From positions 3,843 through 67,842 of the forward strand of contig JAFGXQ010000133.1 of NCBI GenBank assembly GCA_016936575.1: a DNA stretch of 64,000 nucleotides, read 5' to 3'. This DNA is from Deltaproteobacteria bacterium. GTDB lineage: Bacteria > Myxococcota_A > Polyangia > JAAYKL01. Of this stretch, positions 55,145 to 64,000 are shown in pieces. Below the pieces are notes generated by a model that was not told the origin of the DNA, did not search any database, and saw only the letters and a program-made list of their open reading frames with translations. Within the stretch, counting starts at the first letter, position 1. The number at the start of each line of letters is the position of its first letter. Both the position numbers and the translations under genes were made by a program.

Positions 55145-57364
55145 ATGTACCAGTCTGTGAATATTCAGCGCAATCGCGGTATTGCGTTTGTAGGGAATTA
55201 TTTGCCTCGCGAGTGCGGTATCGCTACATTCACTTTCGACCTGGCGGAGGCGGTTGCAAAGCAGGCGGGAGATGAACAGTCTGTTGTTGTGACGGCTGTC
55301 AACGATAACGCGACAGGATACGCGTATCCCGACAGGGTAAAATTTGAAATCAGACAGAACAATTCAATAGATTATACCAAAGCGGCCGATTTTTTGAATT
55401 TCAGCAATATTGACGTTGTGTGTCTTCAACACGAGTATGGAATTTTCGGTGGAAAAAAGGGTTCGAATATTTTAGGTTTTTTAAAACAGTTGAATCGCCC
55501 TGTTGTGACGACCTGCCATACTATTTTGGAACACCCAACGGCTGATGAACGTGAAATTTTAATTCAGATTGCAGCATATTCGTACAAACTTGTCGTGATG
55601 AGTAGGCGTGCATTTCAATTCCTGGAGGAAAGTTACGGCATTTCGGCTGAGAAGATTGCATTTATTCCACACGGAATCCACAACGTACCATTTATTGATC
55701 CCAATTTTTTCAAGGACAAGTTCGGCGTTGAAGGACAGAAAGTCATTTTGACCTTCGGATTGCTGACGCGAAACAAGGGCATTGAATATATGATCAACGC
55801 GATGCCCCAAATTATCAAAAAGCACCCCAATACAACGTACGTTATTCTTGGCGCAACACACCCCGCCGTTGTTCGTGAAGAGGGGGAATCCTATCGCTTG
55901 GGGCTACAGCGAATCGTTCGAAAACTGGGGCTGGAACGCAATGTATTGTTTTATCCCGAGTTCGTCGAATTGAATGAATTGCTTGAATATCTCGGTGCGT
56001 CCGATATTTTTGTCACCCCCTATCTTTTCATGGAACAGATCACCAGCGGCGCTCTTGCCTATGCCATGGGTACGGGGAAAGCAGTAGTGTCCACGCCATA
56101 CTGGCATGCGGAAGAGCTGCTTGATGAAGGGCGGGGATTGTTGGTGCCTCCCCAGGACTCGGGTGCGCTGGCAAGTGCCATTGTCAGCCTGCTGGATGAC
56201 AATATTTCGCTCAGTGCGATGCGCAAGCAGGCGTACCTCTACTGTCAGAATATGGTATGGTCTAAAGTTGCGAGTGCGTATCTGAATTTGTTTGACGAAG
56301 CGCGTCAGAGAGTGAATTCTCATCAAATCGCGGTCAACAATATACCCACCGGTACAACCGCCATCCAGGTGCCGACTCCGAAGCTGAATCATCTGTTGCG
56401 GTTGTCTGACGATACAGGTCCCGCGACGCATGCGATTCATTCTATTCCTGACTGGTTTCATGGATACAGTTTGAATATTGCGGCTTCGACGCTGATAACC
56501 AGCTGCAAATTTCATGAAATTCACAAGACATCAGAATCGTTGCAGCTATGCGAACGTTGCCTTGCACTGATTCAAACCTTGATCGGTCATGGTGATTTCT
56601 ATTCGGCAGCAGCGAAACTCGACTATTCCCGACAGCCACAGGGGCATGCCTCGGAAGTGGACTTGGGTAAAGTCATGTGGTCCCTGGGATATCTGATATG
56701 GCGGGGACCGGCGTATCTGAGTTCTATTGCCAGCGATTTGATCTGTCGAATCATGCCGGAGAAACCTCTGACATCTGAAAGAGCTGCCGCCTATGCCATT
56801 TTGGGAGCGGCCAACTATCTGGAACGCTTTCCCGGTGCTGCCGCGATGAAGCGATTTCTTGTCGCCCAGTTGCCCTGTTTCGAAAAAGGAATTGTTTCAA
56901 AGGACTGGGTTCGAACGTGGGGCGCGGCCGATTGGCCTATGGCAGTGCAGGTATTATATGTGGCGGCAATGATATTGAATGAGGATTCTCTCCTTTCTAA
57001 ATGCGCGGACGTGATAGAGCAGTCGAACCTGATCACCGGCAACGGCAGCCTGTTTGAAAAGCAAGGAGAGAATCTCAACGGAGAAGAATTGCCGGTTACA
57101 GCAGCCATGTACATCGAGGCGATGGCTGCATTGTTTAACAAAACGGATGACCGGAAACTGCTGGTTGGTATTCGAAGTGCACTGGATTGGTTTCTTGGAG
57201 AAAATCGGGTGGGAGAATCGCTTTACAATTTTTCAACAGGCGGTTGTCATGATGCGTTGACGCTCTCGGGACTGAACCGAAATCAGGGAACAGAAGCCAC
57301 GGGATACTGTCAGTTAGCATTTTTGACCCTGAATCAGATTAGTTGGGCAAAAGGGAATGCCTGA
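55145..57364 (+). CDS. Family 4 glycosyltransferase with a C-terminal extension of about 350 aa and unknown function
   Basis: GT-B/GT4 layout (N-terminal domain; C-terminal EFVTPYLFMEQITSGALAYAMGTGKAVVST..EEL with the E-x7-E-like region), then a long helical extension lacking known motifs. Confidence 0.7.
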   Translation: MYQSVNIQRNRGIAFVGNYLPRECGIATFTFDLAEAVAKQAGDEQSVVVTAVNDNATGYAYPDRVKFEIRQNNSIDYTKAADFLNFSNIDVVCLQHEYGIFGGKKGSNILGFLKQLNRPVVTTCHTILEHPTADEREILIQIAAYSYKLVVMSRRAFQFLEESYGISAEKIAFIPHGIHNVPFIDPNFFKDKFGVEGQKVILTFGLLTRNKGIEYMINAMPQIIKKHPNTTYVILGATHPAVVREEGESYRLGLQRIVRKLGLERNVLFYPEFVELNELLEYLGASDIFVTPYLFMEQITSGALAYAMGTGKAVVSTPYWHAEELLDEGRGLLVPPQDSGALASAIVSLLDDNISLSAMRKQAYLYCQNMVWSKVASAYLNLFDEARQRVNSHQIAVNNIPTGTTAIQVPTPKLNHLLRLSDDTGPATHAIHSIPDWFHGYSLNIAASTLITSCKFHEIHKTSESLQLCERCLALIQTLIGHGDFYSAAAKLDYSRQPQGHASEVDLGKVMWSLGYLIWRGPAYLSSIASDLICRIMPEKPLTSERAAAYAILGAANYLERFPGAAAMKRFLVAQLPCFEKGIVSKDWVRTWGAADWPMAVQVLYVAAMILNEDSLLSKCADVIEQSNLITGNGSLFEKQGENLNGEELPVTAAMYIEAMAALFNKTDDRKLLVGIRSALDWFLGENRVGESLYNFSTGGCHDALTLSGLNRNQGTEATGYCQLAFLTLNQISWAKGNA

Positions 57365-57384
57365 TTTCAAGTCGAATTCTGTGA

Positions 57385-58881
57385 ATGCCCTTCACGGAAA
57401 TTTCGAAACGAAAGGCGTATATCATGTGTTTTCCTGAGATTGTTCGAACAAACATCAGAATTCAACCCGATGCGTCACGGGTTTTAATTCGTCCGTTTAT
57501 TCCGTCAGAACATCGTATCACTAAAATTTTGGCGCGTATTGCGGCGCAAAGCGACGATGACGTTGAAGAGCATCTGCAAAAAATTCTAGTCGATTTTGCC
57601 GGACGACATATTCAGGTTGAAAAAACATTTCTGGATAGATACGAAAGCATTTCGCGACATCAATTTACAGATACCGCTCCCAGTGTAACTCGGAAAATGT
57701 TGATTGGCGCATACTTTACGAGCGAGTATTCCCTTGAATCGGCAGCGCTGTTCAACCCTTCTATGGCGCCGCATCCAGATCAATCCGGATTGAAGAAAGG
57801 GTCGGTTCGGTTTGTTATGAGTCTGCGCGCAGTGGGAGAGGGACATCTTTCCTCTATCACATTTCGCGAGGGCGTAATTGACGCGCAGCACCAGATAACA
57901 GTGACTTCCCCCACCCGATTTGTAAACAGTCCGGTGACGGTGACCAACAGTCGGTTTTCCAATCAAGTGCTGCGACAGAAATGCATGGATATGTCATTTC
58001 GAAATGAATATACCGACGCTGTGTTTGATAAGCTGCCGGATACATTCACGATGACCGACGTGAAAAAAGCAATAAAAGACGTTCACAACAGTCGACCGGC
58101 GTTTTCCCACGCGCACGTGAATACCCAGCAGAATCTGAAATGGATAATTGAGGCAAACTATGATGTTGCTTTTGCCTCGGACATTCCCATCGATGGAAGA
58201 TGCCTGTTTCCCAATGCTTCGGCTGAAAAGCACGGTATCGAAGACGCGCGCTTCGTTCGTTTTGTTGATGACAACCAATCGATCAGCTATTATGCGACCG
58301 CCACAGCATGGGACGGGAAAAATATGCTGTCCCAAATTATTGAAACCGACGATTTCCAGCTATTTAAAATTCGAACGCTGAACGGAGAAGCCGTTCAAAA
58401 TAAGGGAATGGCCCTGTTTCCACGCAAAATTGACGGGCAATACGCTATGCTCGGCAGGCAGGATAACGAATATATTTATTTAATGTATTCGTTGTCTCCT
58501 CAGTTTTGGCGCGAAAGCGAGTGCATTGTGAAGCCAGCCTGGCCTTGGGAATTCTATCAGATTGGCAACTGCGGTTCACCAATTGAAACAAAAGAGGGTT
58601 GGTTGGTCGTTACTCACGGTGTAGGCGCCATGCGAAGATATGCCATTGGTGCGTTATTGTTGGATCTTGATGATCCGTCAAAAATCATTGGGCGAAGCAA
58701 CTCACCATTATTGGTTCCCAATGAAAACGAACGAGAAGGGTATGTACCCAATGTCGTGTACTCATGCGGGTCCATGATTCACAACGGCAAGCTGATTCTT
58801 CCATACGCAATGAGCGACTATGCAACGCGAATTGCATTGGTTGATGTACAGCAGTTGCTGTCCTGGCTGAAACGAGGTTGA
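57385..58881 (+). CDS. GH130-family glycoside phosphorylase-like protein with an N-terminal extension of about 170 aa
   Basis: GH130/DUF377 blocks (GIEDARFVRF..., ALFPRKIDGQYAML.R, GWLVVTHGVGA...YAIGALLLDLDDPSKII, VPNVVYSCG). ATG 57424 is an alternative start. Confidence 0.7.
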   Translation: MPFTEISKRKAYIMCFPEIVRTNIRIQPDASRVLIRPFIPSEHRITKILARIAAQSDDDVEEHLQKILVDFAGRHIQVEKTFLDRYESISRHQFTDTAPSVTRKMLIGAYFTSEYSLESAALFNPSMAPHPDQSGLKKGSVRFVMSLRAVGEGHLSSITFREGVIDAQHQITVTSPTRFVNSPVTVTNSRFSNQVLRQKCMDMSFRNEYTDAVFDKLPDTFTMTDVKKAIKDVHNSRPAFSHAHVNTQQNLKWIIEANYDVAFASDIPIDGRCLFPNASAEKHGIEDARFVRFVDDNQSISYYATATAWDGKNMLSQIIETDDFQLFKIRTLNGEAVQNKGMALFPRKIDGQYAMLGRQDNEYIYLMYSLSPQFWRESECIVKPAWPWEFYQIGNCGSPIETKEGWLVVTHGVGAMRRYAIGALLLDLDDPSKIIGRSNSPLLVPNENEREGYVPNVVYSCGSMIHNGKLILPYAMSDYATRIALVDVQQLLSWLKRG

Positions 58882-59936
58882 ACGACATGCATAAATATCA
58901 TGGAAACCCCATCATTACACCTGATATGATCCCCCCGTCGGATAAGCGCCTGATGGTTAAAGGTGCATTAAATCCCGGCGCAGTGCAATTGGGAAAAGAA
59001 ACCCTGTTGTTGCTTAGAGTCGCTGAGGGTTGCATTCAGACCCCTGGCACTGTATCGATTCCGACATATGAATTTACATCATCACAGCCGTCTCTTCGCG
59101 TTCTTCATCTGAGTCGGAGCGATCCGCGTGTTCAGATAAAAGATAGTCGCGCTGTCCTGGTTGGAGACAAAGAATATGTTTCAACAATAAGTCATTTGCG
59201 GCTTGCGCGAAGTTCCAATGGCATTGATTTTAAAATAGATGCCAAACCATTCTGGATGCCGGTCAACCCGTCGGAGGAATTTGGAGTGGAAGATGCGCGA
59301 ATTACCAAAATTGATGATACCTATTTTATCAACTACACCGCAGTTTCCGGGGATAGTTACGGTACTTCTCTACTGCGAACAACTGATTTTAAGAATGTTG
59401 AATATCTAGGTATGATTTTTTCCGCTCCCAATAAGGATGTTTGCATCTTTCCGGAGAAAATCAGCGGTAGCTATGTGGCGCTCCACAGACCGTTTAACCA
59501 TGGATTTGGAAAAAGTTCCATCTGGATAGCCAAATCTCCAGACTTAATTCACTGGGGGCAGCATCAGTGTCTGCTCCGCCCTGGGGCGACCCTATGGGAG
59601 AGTGAAAAAATTGGCGGCGGTGCGCCTCCGATCAAAACAGAACGAGGGTGGCTGGTCATTTATCATGGTAAATCACTTCAAGGTCGGGCTGACTATTATT
59701 GTTTGATGGTTATGCTGCTGGATATAAATGACCCGTCGAAAATTATATATCAGGGAGAGCAACCGATTCTTTTTCCTTCCGCATCGTATGAAACCAAAGG
59801 TTTTGTGCCGAATGTGGTTTTTTTAAATGGTGTTGTGCAAACCAGCGATGATTCGCTATTGCTTTATTACAGTGCATGCGATGAAGTGACCTGTCTTGCG
59901 CAGTGCACAATTGATGACCTGATTCCACAATCGTAG
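58878..59936 (+). CDS. GH130-family glycoside phosphorylase (beta-mannoside phosphorylase-like)
   Basis: GNPIITP..., GALNPGAVQ, FGVEDARITKIDDTYFINYTA, CIFPEKISGSYVALHRP, GWLVIYHG, VPNVVFLNG. ATGA overlap with the upstream GH130 gene. Confidence 0.75.
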   Translation: MNDMHKYHGNPIITPDMIPPSDKRLMVKGALNPGAVQLGKETLLLLRVAEGCIQTPGTVSIPTYEFTSSQPSLRVLHLSRSDPRVQIKDSRAVLVGDKEYVSTISHLRLARSSNGIDFKIDAKPFWMPVNPSEEFGVEDARITKIDDTYFINYTAVSGDSYGTSLLRTTDFKNVEYLGMIFSAPNKDVCIFPEKISGSYVALHRPFNHGFGKSSIWIAKSPDLIHWGQHQCLLRPGATLWESEKIGGGAPPIKTERGWLVIYHGKSLQGRADYYCLMVMLLDINDPSKIIYQGEQPILFPSASYETKGFVPNVVFLNGVVQTSDDSLLLYYSACDEVTCLAQCTIDDLIPQS

Positions 59937-60269
59937 CGTACTGCGTCGTTTGACAACGGGAAATACTTAATAATGAAGGCGAATGGTTGTCAGAAGACCT
60001 GTGAAATTTCTCTATGATAATTGTTATGCTTATACCTTTGAAACATAGCTTAAATTAAATACGTCGCATTGAGGATAACAACGAAATAGGCCGGCAAAGA
60101 AGAATGGCCGCTTTAATACTCATGTCGAACCGCTTTTTACATGACCGGCGAAATGTACGTGAATCGTGAGTTCAATATGCGACGTCTACACCCCATTGGT
60201 ACATTTTTCTTTTTGTCGTTGCAGTATGATGAATGAGCAGTGTGCCGGAAAGCGAAAAGAACAGACTCA

Positions 60270-60902
60270 ATGAAAAATAAACCCACTGTAAGAATGACTT
60301 GTTCGGACTGCAAAAAGAAAGAACCTCATCAAATAGTGTTTTCCCGTCACGGGATAGCACATTTGCGGTGCCCGGCAAGTGGTGCTGTCAATCCGTTTTC
60401 AACCGAAACCTCAGACAATGAAACTGACGATGGCGCCGGAGCTGGAGCCGCGAAAATAAGCATACAGATGGACCACGCTGCCGTCATGGAGAAACGGGAA
60501 AAGAAATGCACTCCGTATGCCTACTCCAATGATTACGCACCCGGTGACTATTTTCACCACAAGACGTTTGGAGACGGTTATGTTCTTTTTGTGCTGCCCT
60601 CCGATAAAATGACGGTTTTGTTCTCTGATCAGAAACGATTGCTTCGTTGCGGCCCCAATTCAAAAAAAGAAGAAGTTATTCAGTTCGGCTCAGCATCTTC
60701 GCCGTACAACAATCCTCCGGCATTGGTGGAATCAGAGAAGCAGACCGAAAAAAAGAAGCGAACGGCAAGGAAGGTGGGCAATTCCGGTGCGGATGACGCT
60801 CCCAGAGAATGCCCCAAATGCGGGAAAACGGTTCACCCGTATAATCTCACCAAAAATCCTTCCGGCAAAGTCGTCGCCTGCATGAACTGCAAGGGTCGAT
60901 AG
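60270..60902 (+). CDS. Hypothetical protein with N- and C-terminal zinc-ribbon-like Cys pairs
   Basis: CSDCKKK...HLRC at the N-terminus and CPKCGK...CMNC at the C-terminus; no other recognisable motif. The ORF opens at 60240; MKNKP is chosen as the start. Confidence 0.4.
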   Translation: MKNKPTVRMTCSDCKKKEPHQIVFSRHGIAHLRCPASGAVNPFSTETSDNETDDGAGAGAAKISIQMDHAAVMEKREKKCTPYAYSNDYAPGDYFHHKTFGDGYVLFVLPSDKMTVLFSDQKRLLRCGPNSKKEEVIQFGSASSPYNNPPALVESEKQTEKKKRTARKVGNSGADDAPRECPKCGKTVHPYNLTKNPSGKVVACMNCKGR

Positions 60903-61031
60903 CATCAGGTTCAACCAGGCTGTGAATCGAAGAACACAACTTCTTTACACCGCAATTGAATGCTCAACCCACGGCGTGGTTTAAATGATTGGTTTACATG
61001 AGGAGACCCTGTTGTTCACAGGTTGGGAATA

Positions 61032-61325
61032 CTAATATCGTCCTCGGTCACCGCCGTATCCCCCGCGTCCGCCGCCGCCGCGATTCTGACGTTCCTGCGC
61101 TTCATTGACTTTCAACCGGCGTCCATCCACTTCTTTATCGTGAAGTGCTGACAGCGCCTGCTTCGCGTCTTCATCCTGCATTTCCACAAATGCGAATCCG
61201 CGAGGTCGACCGGTTGCGCGATCGGTAATAACGTTTATGGATTCCAGTTCGCCAAATTCTCCAAAAAGAGATCTGATCTGTTCTTCGTCCATGCTGAAGG
61301 GCATATTGCCTACGTACAGTTTCAT
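61032..61325 (-). CDS. Glycine-rich RRM RNA-binding protein
   Basis: RNP2 (LYVGNM), RNP1 (RGFAFVEM), and a C-terminal RGGGGRGGYGGDRGRY tail. Confidence 0.9.
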   Translation of the reverse strand: MKLYVGNMPFSMDEEQIRSLFGEFGELESINVITDRATGRPRGFAFVEMQDEDAKQALSALHDKEVDGRRLKVNEAQERQNRGGGGRGGYGGDRGRY

Positions 61326-61557
61326 TTTTTTTTGTCCTAGTTTTCCAAGCTATAAAAACAATTGCCGTAAACGCTCGGAAAGTTCAGGTGGCAATTGCGG
61401 CTATTTTCCAGAACACCCGGAAAATGAAGTCACACACTACCCTCTCTACAATAATAAAGCACGCTTAAAATAGCTGTCTGCGACATAAATATTCCGCTTC
61501 GGAAGTTTTGCTGTGAATCGAGGACGGCGCTGCCCGGACAATGACCAGCGTATGACA

Positions 61558-61735
61558 CGACCATCGAATTCGGGGTGTATCATCAAACCTTGCAGCGGGA
61601 AGACTGCATCAACTATTATACCGATGTCATTGGGTTGTTCGAAACACTAAAATTTCATGCCGGACCGGGTTCATGATCATGGATTCCACCACCGGAGAAG
61701 TTCCCGTCGATCTGGCCGTCGCATTCGGACTGCAA
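61558..61735 (+). pseudogene. Degraded copy of the 3' end of the GH5 gene (remnant of a paralogue)
   Basis: About 170 nt with roughly 85% identity to 50160-50324 (GVYDRTVQREDYINYYTDVIGLFEE...FMIMDSTTGEVPADLAAAFGL), with indels and no upstream GH5 body. Confidence 0.7.
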
Positions 61736-61838
61736 TCCAACCGTAATGTACCGCATGTCGTTGCTTGTTCCATTGAACAGGCGCTACAGATGCAACAAAA
61801 ATTCAAACGGAGAAGAGACGGCAATTTTGTTCGTAAAA

Positions 61839-63245
61839 CTACGGATGCCGATCGACTATACGCACCAGCATGGGAGGCGATTTTGCAAGCAGGTTGTAAA
61901 ACCGTTTTCGAAAAAAGGGAAGATGCGAAAAGAGCATTGCCAGGAATCCTGCGAATCGGAACAGCCTCTTTCGGTGTGGAAAATCGAACATTCCATGACG
62001 TTTGTAAAAGCGATAGTCAGCCTGCCATATAGCCCGGAGTCTACCCCAGATTTCATCGCGGAATATCTTTTGACCGCCTACCGCTAAAAAGTTTTGAGGC
62101 GCTACAAAATGCATGCTTGATAACGTCGCTGCCTTGTGCGCGAAATCGTCAATCAGTTTGTCCAAATGGGCAGAGTCATGATCTTCATCGGTTACAATGC
62201 CGACAAAATTCGCGTTCTGTCGGGCAGTCACCGTCACCTCTAATGTTTCTACCAAATGTGGATTTTGCCGCAGAGGACCTGAAATAAGATACCCAATCTG
62301 TTTACCCGCCAGGGATGGTGTGTGATTCCAAAAAAAAGCTCTATCAAAAAACATTTTCCATCTGGGTGACAGATATCGTCCTCGCACCGTGCCGCAAAAA
62401 ATGAGAATGTCTGCCTCCATAGCGGTGCCGTTGTAAAACTCGGTAAATCCGTCTTGATAGACACAGGAGTAGTCGTACCCACAACGCATGCAGCCGCGAC
62501 ATCCCTGCGTCATCGGTATGTCACTCAAATGATAAACAGAAATGGTCCCACCTTTAAAAACAGACCTTAAACGCAACACCATGGCGGTTTCATTTTGACA
62601 ATGGGAATCGGCATCAGTCAAAATTAAAACACGATTGCTTTGACCAATCTTAATACTCCGAGTGATGTGACCGGACTGATATGTGAATGTTGACCTGGGC
62701 AATTCAGCAAACTGCTTCGGACTCTCATATCCGTTGTTAATCGAATCAGCGAAATTTTGAGCGAACTGACGCATTATCTTACGAATATCGCTATTGTGAA
62801 GGTCTGCAATATCAAGAGACAGCCCGTCGATAAACCGCATGTGTAAGTCTTCACATACCGCCCGCATGTACTGATGTGCCAAATGATCGTAATAGTGAAT
62901 GGAAGTGCTTATCACTGCAACGGGTTTGTTTTTTAAGCATGCTGCATAAGGCCCATGGGTTACGGTTTCAATGAATGACATCAACTGAGAGGAAACCCCA
63001 ATAACCCACACACCGAAACCAAATAGAACGGCGTCCGCATTTTGGAACTTTTGCATGAGTGAGTTAAATTCGTTCCGATCTTTTTTCAGCAATTCAATAT
63101 TTTTGGCCACGTGAACGGTTTCAAAGTGATGCTTCGGCAGTTGTTTCGAAATATACCGGACATATTGCATTGTACTGCTGTTGCTACCTTTGGGACTGCC
63201 GTTGATTACCAGCACCGAAAAACGCGCTGCTTTCTTACTCTCCAT
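61839..63245 (-). CDS. Tandem flavodoxin-like-fold NAD(P)H-dependent oxidoreductase (two NADPH-FMN-reductase-like domains)
   Basis: N-terminus VLVINGSPKGSNSST (FMN-reductase P-loop-like) and a second VLILTDADSHCQNE region; 468 aa. Confidence 0.55.
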   Translation of the reverse strand: MESKKAARFSVLVINGSPKGSNSSTMQYVRYISKQLPKHHFETVHVAKNIELLKKDRNEFNSLMQKFQNADAVLFGFGVWVIGVSSQLMSFIETVTHGPYAACLKNKPVAVISTSIHYYDHLAHQYMRAVCEDLHMRFIDGLSLDIADLHNSDIRKIMRQFAQNFADSINNGYESPKQFAELPRSTFTYQSGHITRSIKIGQSNRVLILTDADSHCQNETAMVLRLRSVFKGGTISVYHLSDIPMTQGCRGCMRCGYDYSCVYQDGFTEFYNGTAMEADILIFCGTVRGRYLSPRWKMFFDRAFFWNHTPSLAGKQIGYLISGPLRQNPHLVETLEVTVTARQNANFVGIVTDEDHDSAHLDKLIDDFAHKAATLSSMHFVAPQNFLAVGGQKIFRDEIWGRLRAIWQADYRFYKRHGMFDFPHRKRLFRFAGFLAMLFSHLPFFRKRFYNLLAKSPPMLVRIVDRHP

Positions 63246-63256
63246 AGCACGACCTT

Positions 63257-63724
63257 CTATTCCACGGAAATACGAACACTGCGTGTACCGCCTTTTAATT
63301 CAAACGAGATTTGTTCAAAGTGAGGCCGACCGATCGAACGTTTATTTTTAAAAGACATGCCCCATGGCTCGCTTGGACCAAACAGACTACGATCCAATCT
63401 TCCGTTATCGTTTTGATCTAAAAAACAACGAATGCCGTAAATGCCTTTGGGAATATTATTGAACCTGAATTTTGCTGTACTCGCTTTTTGTTCTTGACCG
63501 GTTGGACGGACCGTTATTTTGCGAACTCCCTTCATGGGAACTTTGAAAGTGCTTTCATCCACCAAGTAAATGTGGAATGTACCTTCCTCTTCAAAGATTA
63601 ATGTTCCAACGATTGTGGAGTTATCCGGCTGAGAAGCACCAAAGGCATCTGGGGAACGAATCAGATTGAACAATGCAAATGCGGTTAGCAACAATGTCGC
63701 CCCAACGAATGATTGTCGTTTCAT
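63257..63724 (-). CDS. DUF2141 family secreted protein
   Basis: Signal peptide MKRQSFVGATLLLTAFALF, then the DUF2141 core (GIYGIRCFLDQNDNGRLDRSLFGPSEPWGMS). Confidence 0.6.
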   Translation of the reverse strand: MKRQSFVGATLLLTAFALFNLIRSPDAFGASQPDNSTIVGTLIFEEEGTFHIYLVDESTFKVPMKGVRKITVRPTGQEQKASTAKFRFNNIPKGIYGIRCFLDQNDNGRLDRSLFGPSEPWGMSFKNKRSIGRPHFEQISFELKGGTRSVRISVE

Positions 63725-63820
63725 TTTTATACCCTTTCTTGCAAATATAAACGATTGCTCACATTGATAATGTGAGTTATTGCTCATTTTGTCTACTCGC
63801 AATAATCAGGAGCAAAAAGT

Positions 63821-64000
63821 CATGACCCAAAACAAGGAAACCCCCCGAAATTATGTAATAAATAGAAAGAACGCCCCGTCTCACAGCAAAAAATCCAAAC
63901 CGGTTGCTCATATTTCTAAGAAGGTCGCGCCGCAAAAACTGCAAGCCAAAACTACCCGAAAAAAACCTTCCCAGGAACGGTCAAAGGAGACTGTCGAGAT
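63821..64000 (+). CDS. 5' part of a Lys-rich hypothetical protein; gene runs off the window edge
   Basis: RBS-like AGGAGC 8 nt upstream of ATG 63821; MTQNKETPRNYVINRKNAPSHSKKSK...; no stop before the window end. Confidence 0.3.

Overview
This 64 kb window is a chromosomal segment of moderate GC (about 55%) from a likely anaerobic, plant-polymer-degrading bacterium. Evidence for that lifestyle: a rubredoxin / flavodiiron oxidative-stress operon, many secreted lipoproteins with Thr/Ser-Asp linkers, and GH5, GH12 and CBM6-esterase genes. The left half is mostly housekeeping: alanine racemase, comM-recA, RapZ, an ABC-F ATPase, and a complete trpE-G-D-C(F)-B-A operon. The right half looks more accessory: a secreted Kazal-domain lipoprotein, an IS200-like element, a toxin/immunity-like pair, a GIY-YIG nuclease, a TonB-dependent receptor plus lipoprotein, cellulases, and a GT4 / GH130 / GH130 glycoside-phosphorylase cluster. 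The strongest candidate for an undescribed system is a tightly coupled two-gene module at 17278-21416. Its first product is a two-pass membrane protein that fuses an N-terminal GHKL (Bergerat-fold) ATPase to a transglutaminase-like Cys-His-Asp domain, and its stop codon overlaps (TTGA) the start of a 402-aa protein I cannot place in any family. Other observations worth a second look: tandem zinc-ribbon + double-FHA paralogues, a WYL regulator beside a nitroreductase, a sigma-54 promoter in front of the oxidative-stress operon, a (GT)5 tract at a frameshift junction, a 42-nt direct repeat bracketing a 6.7 kb island-like stretch, and a degraded copy of the GH5 3' end 11 kb from its source.
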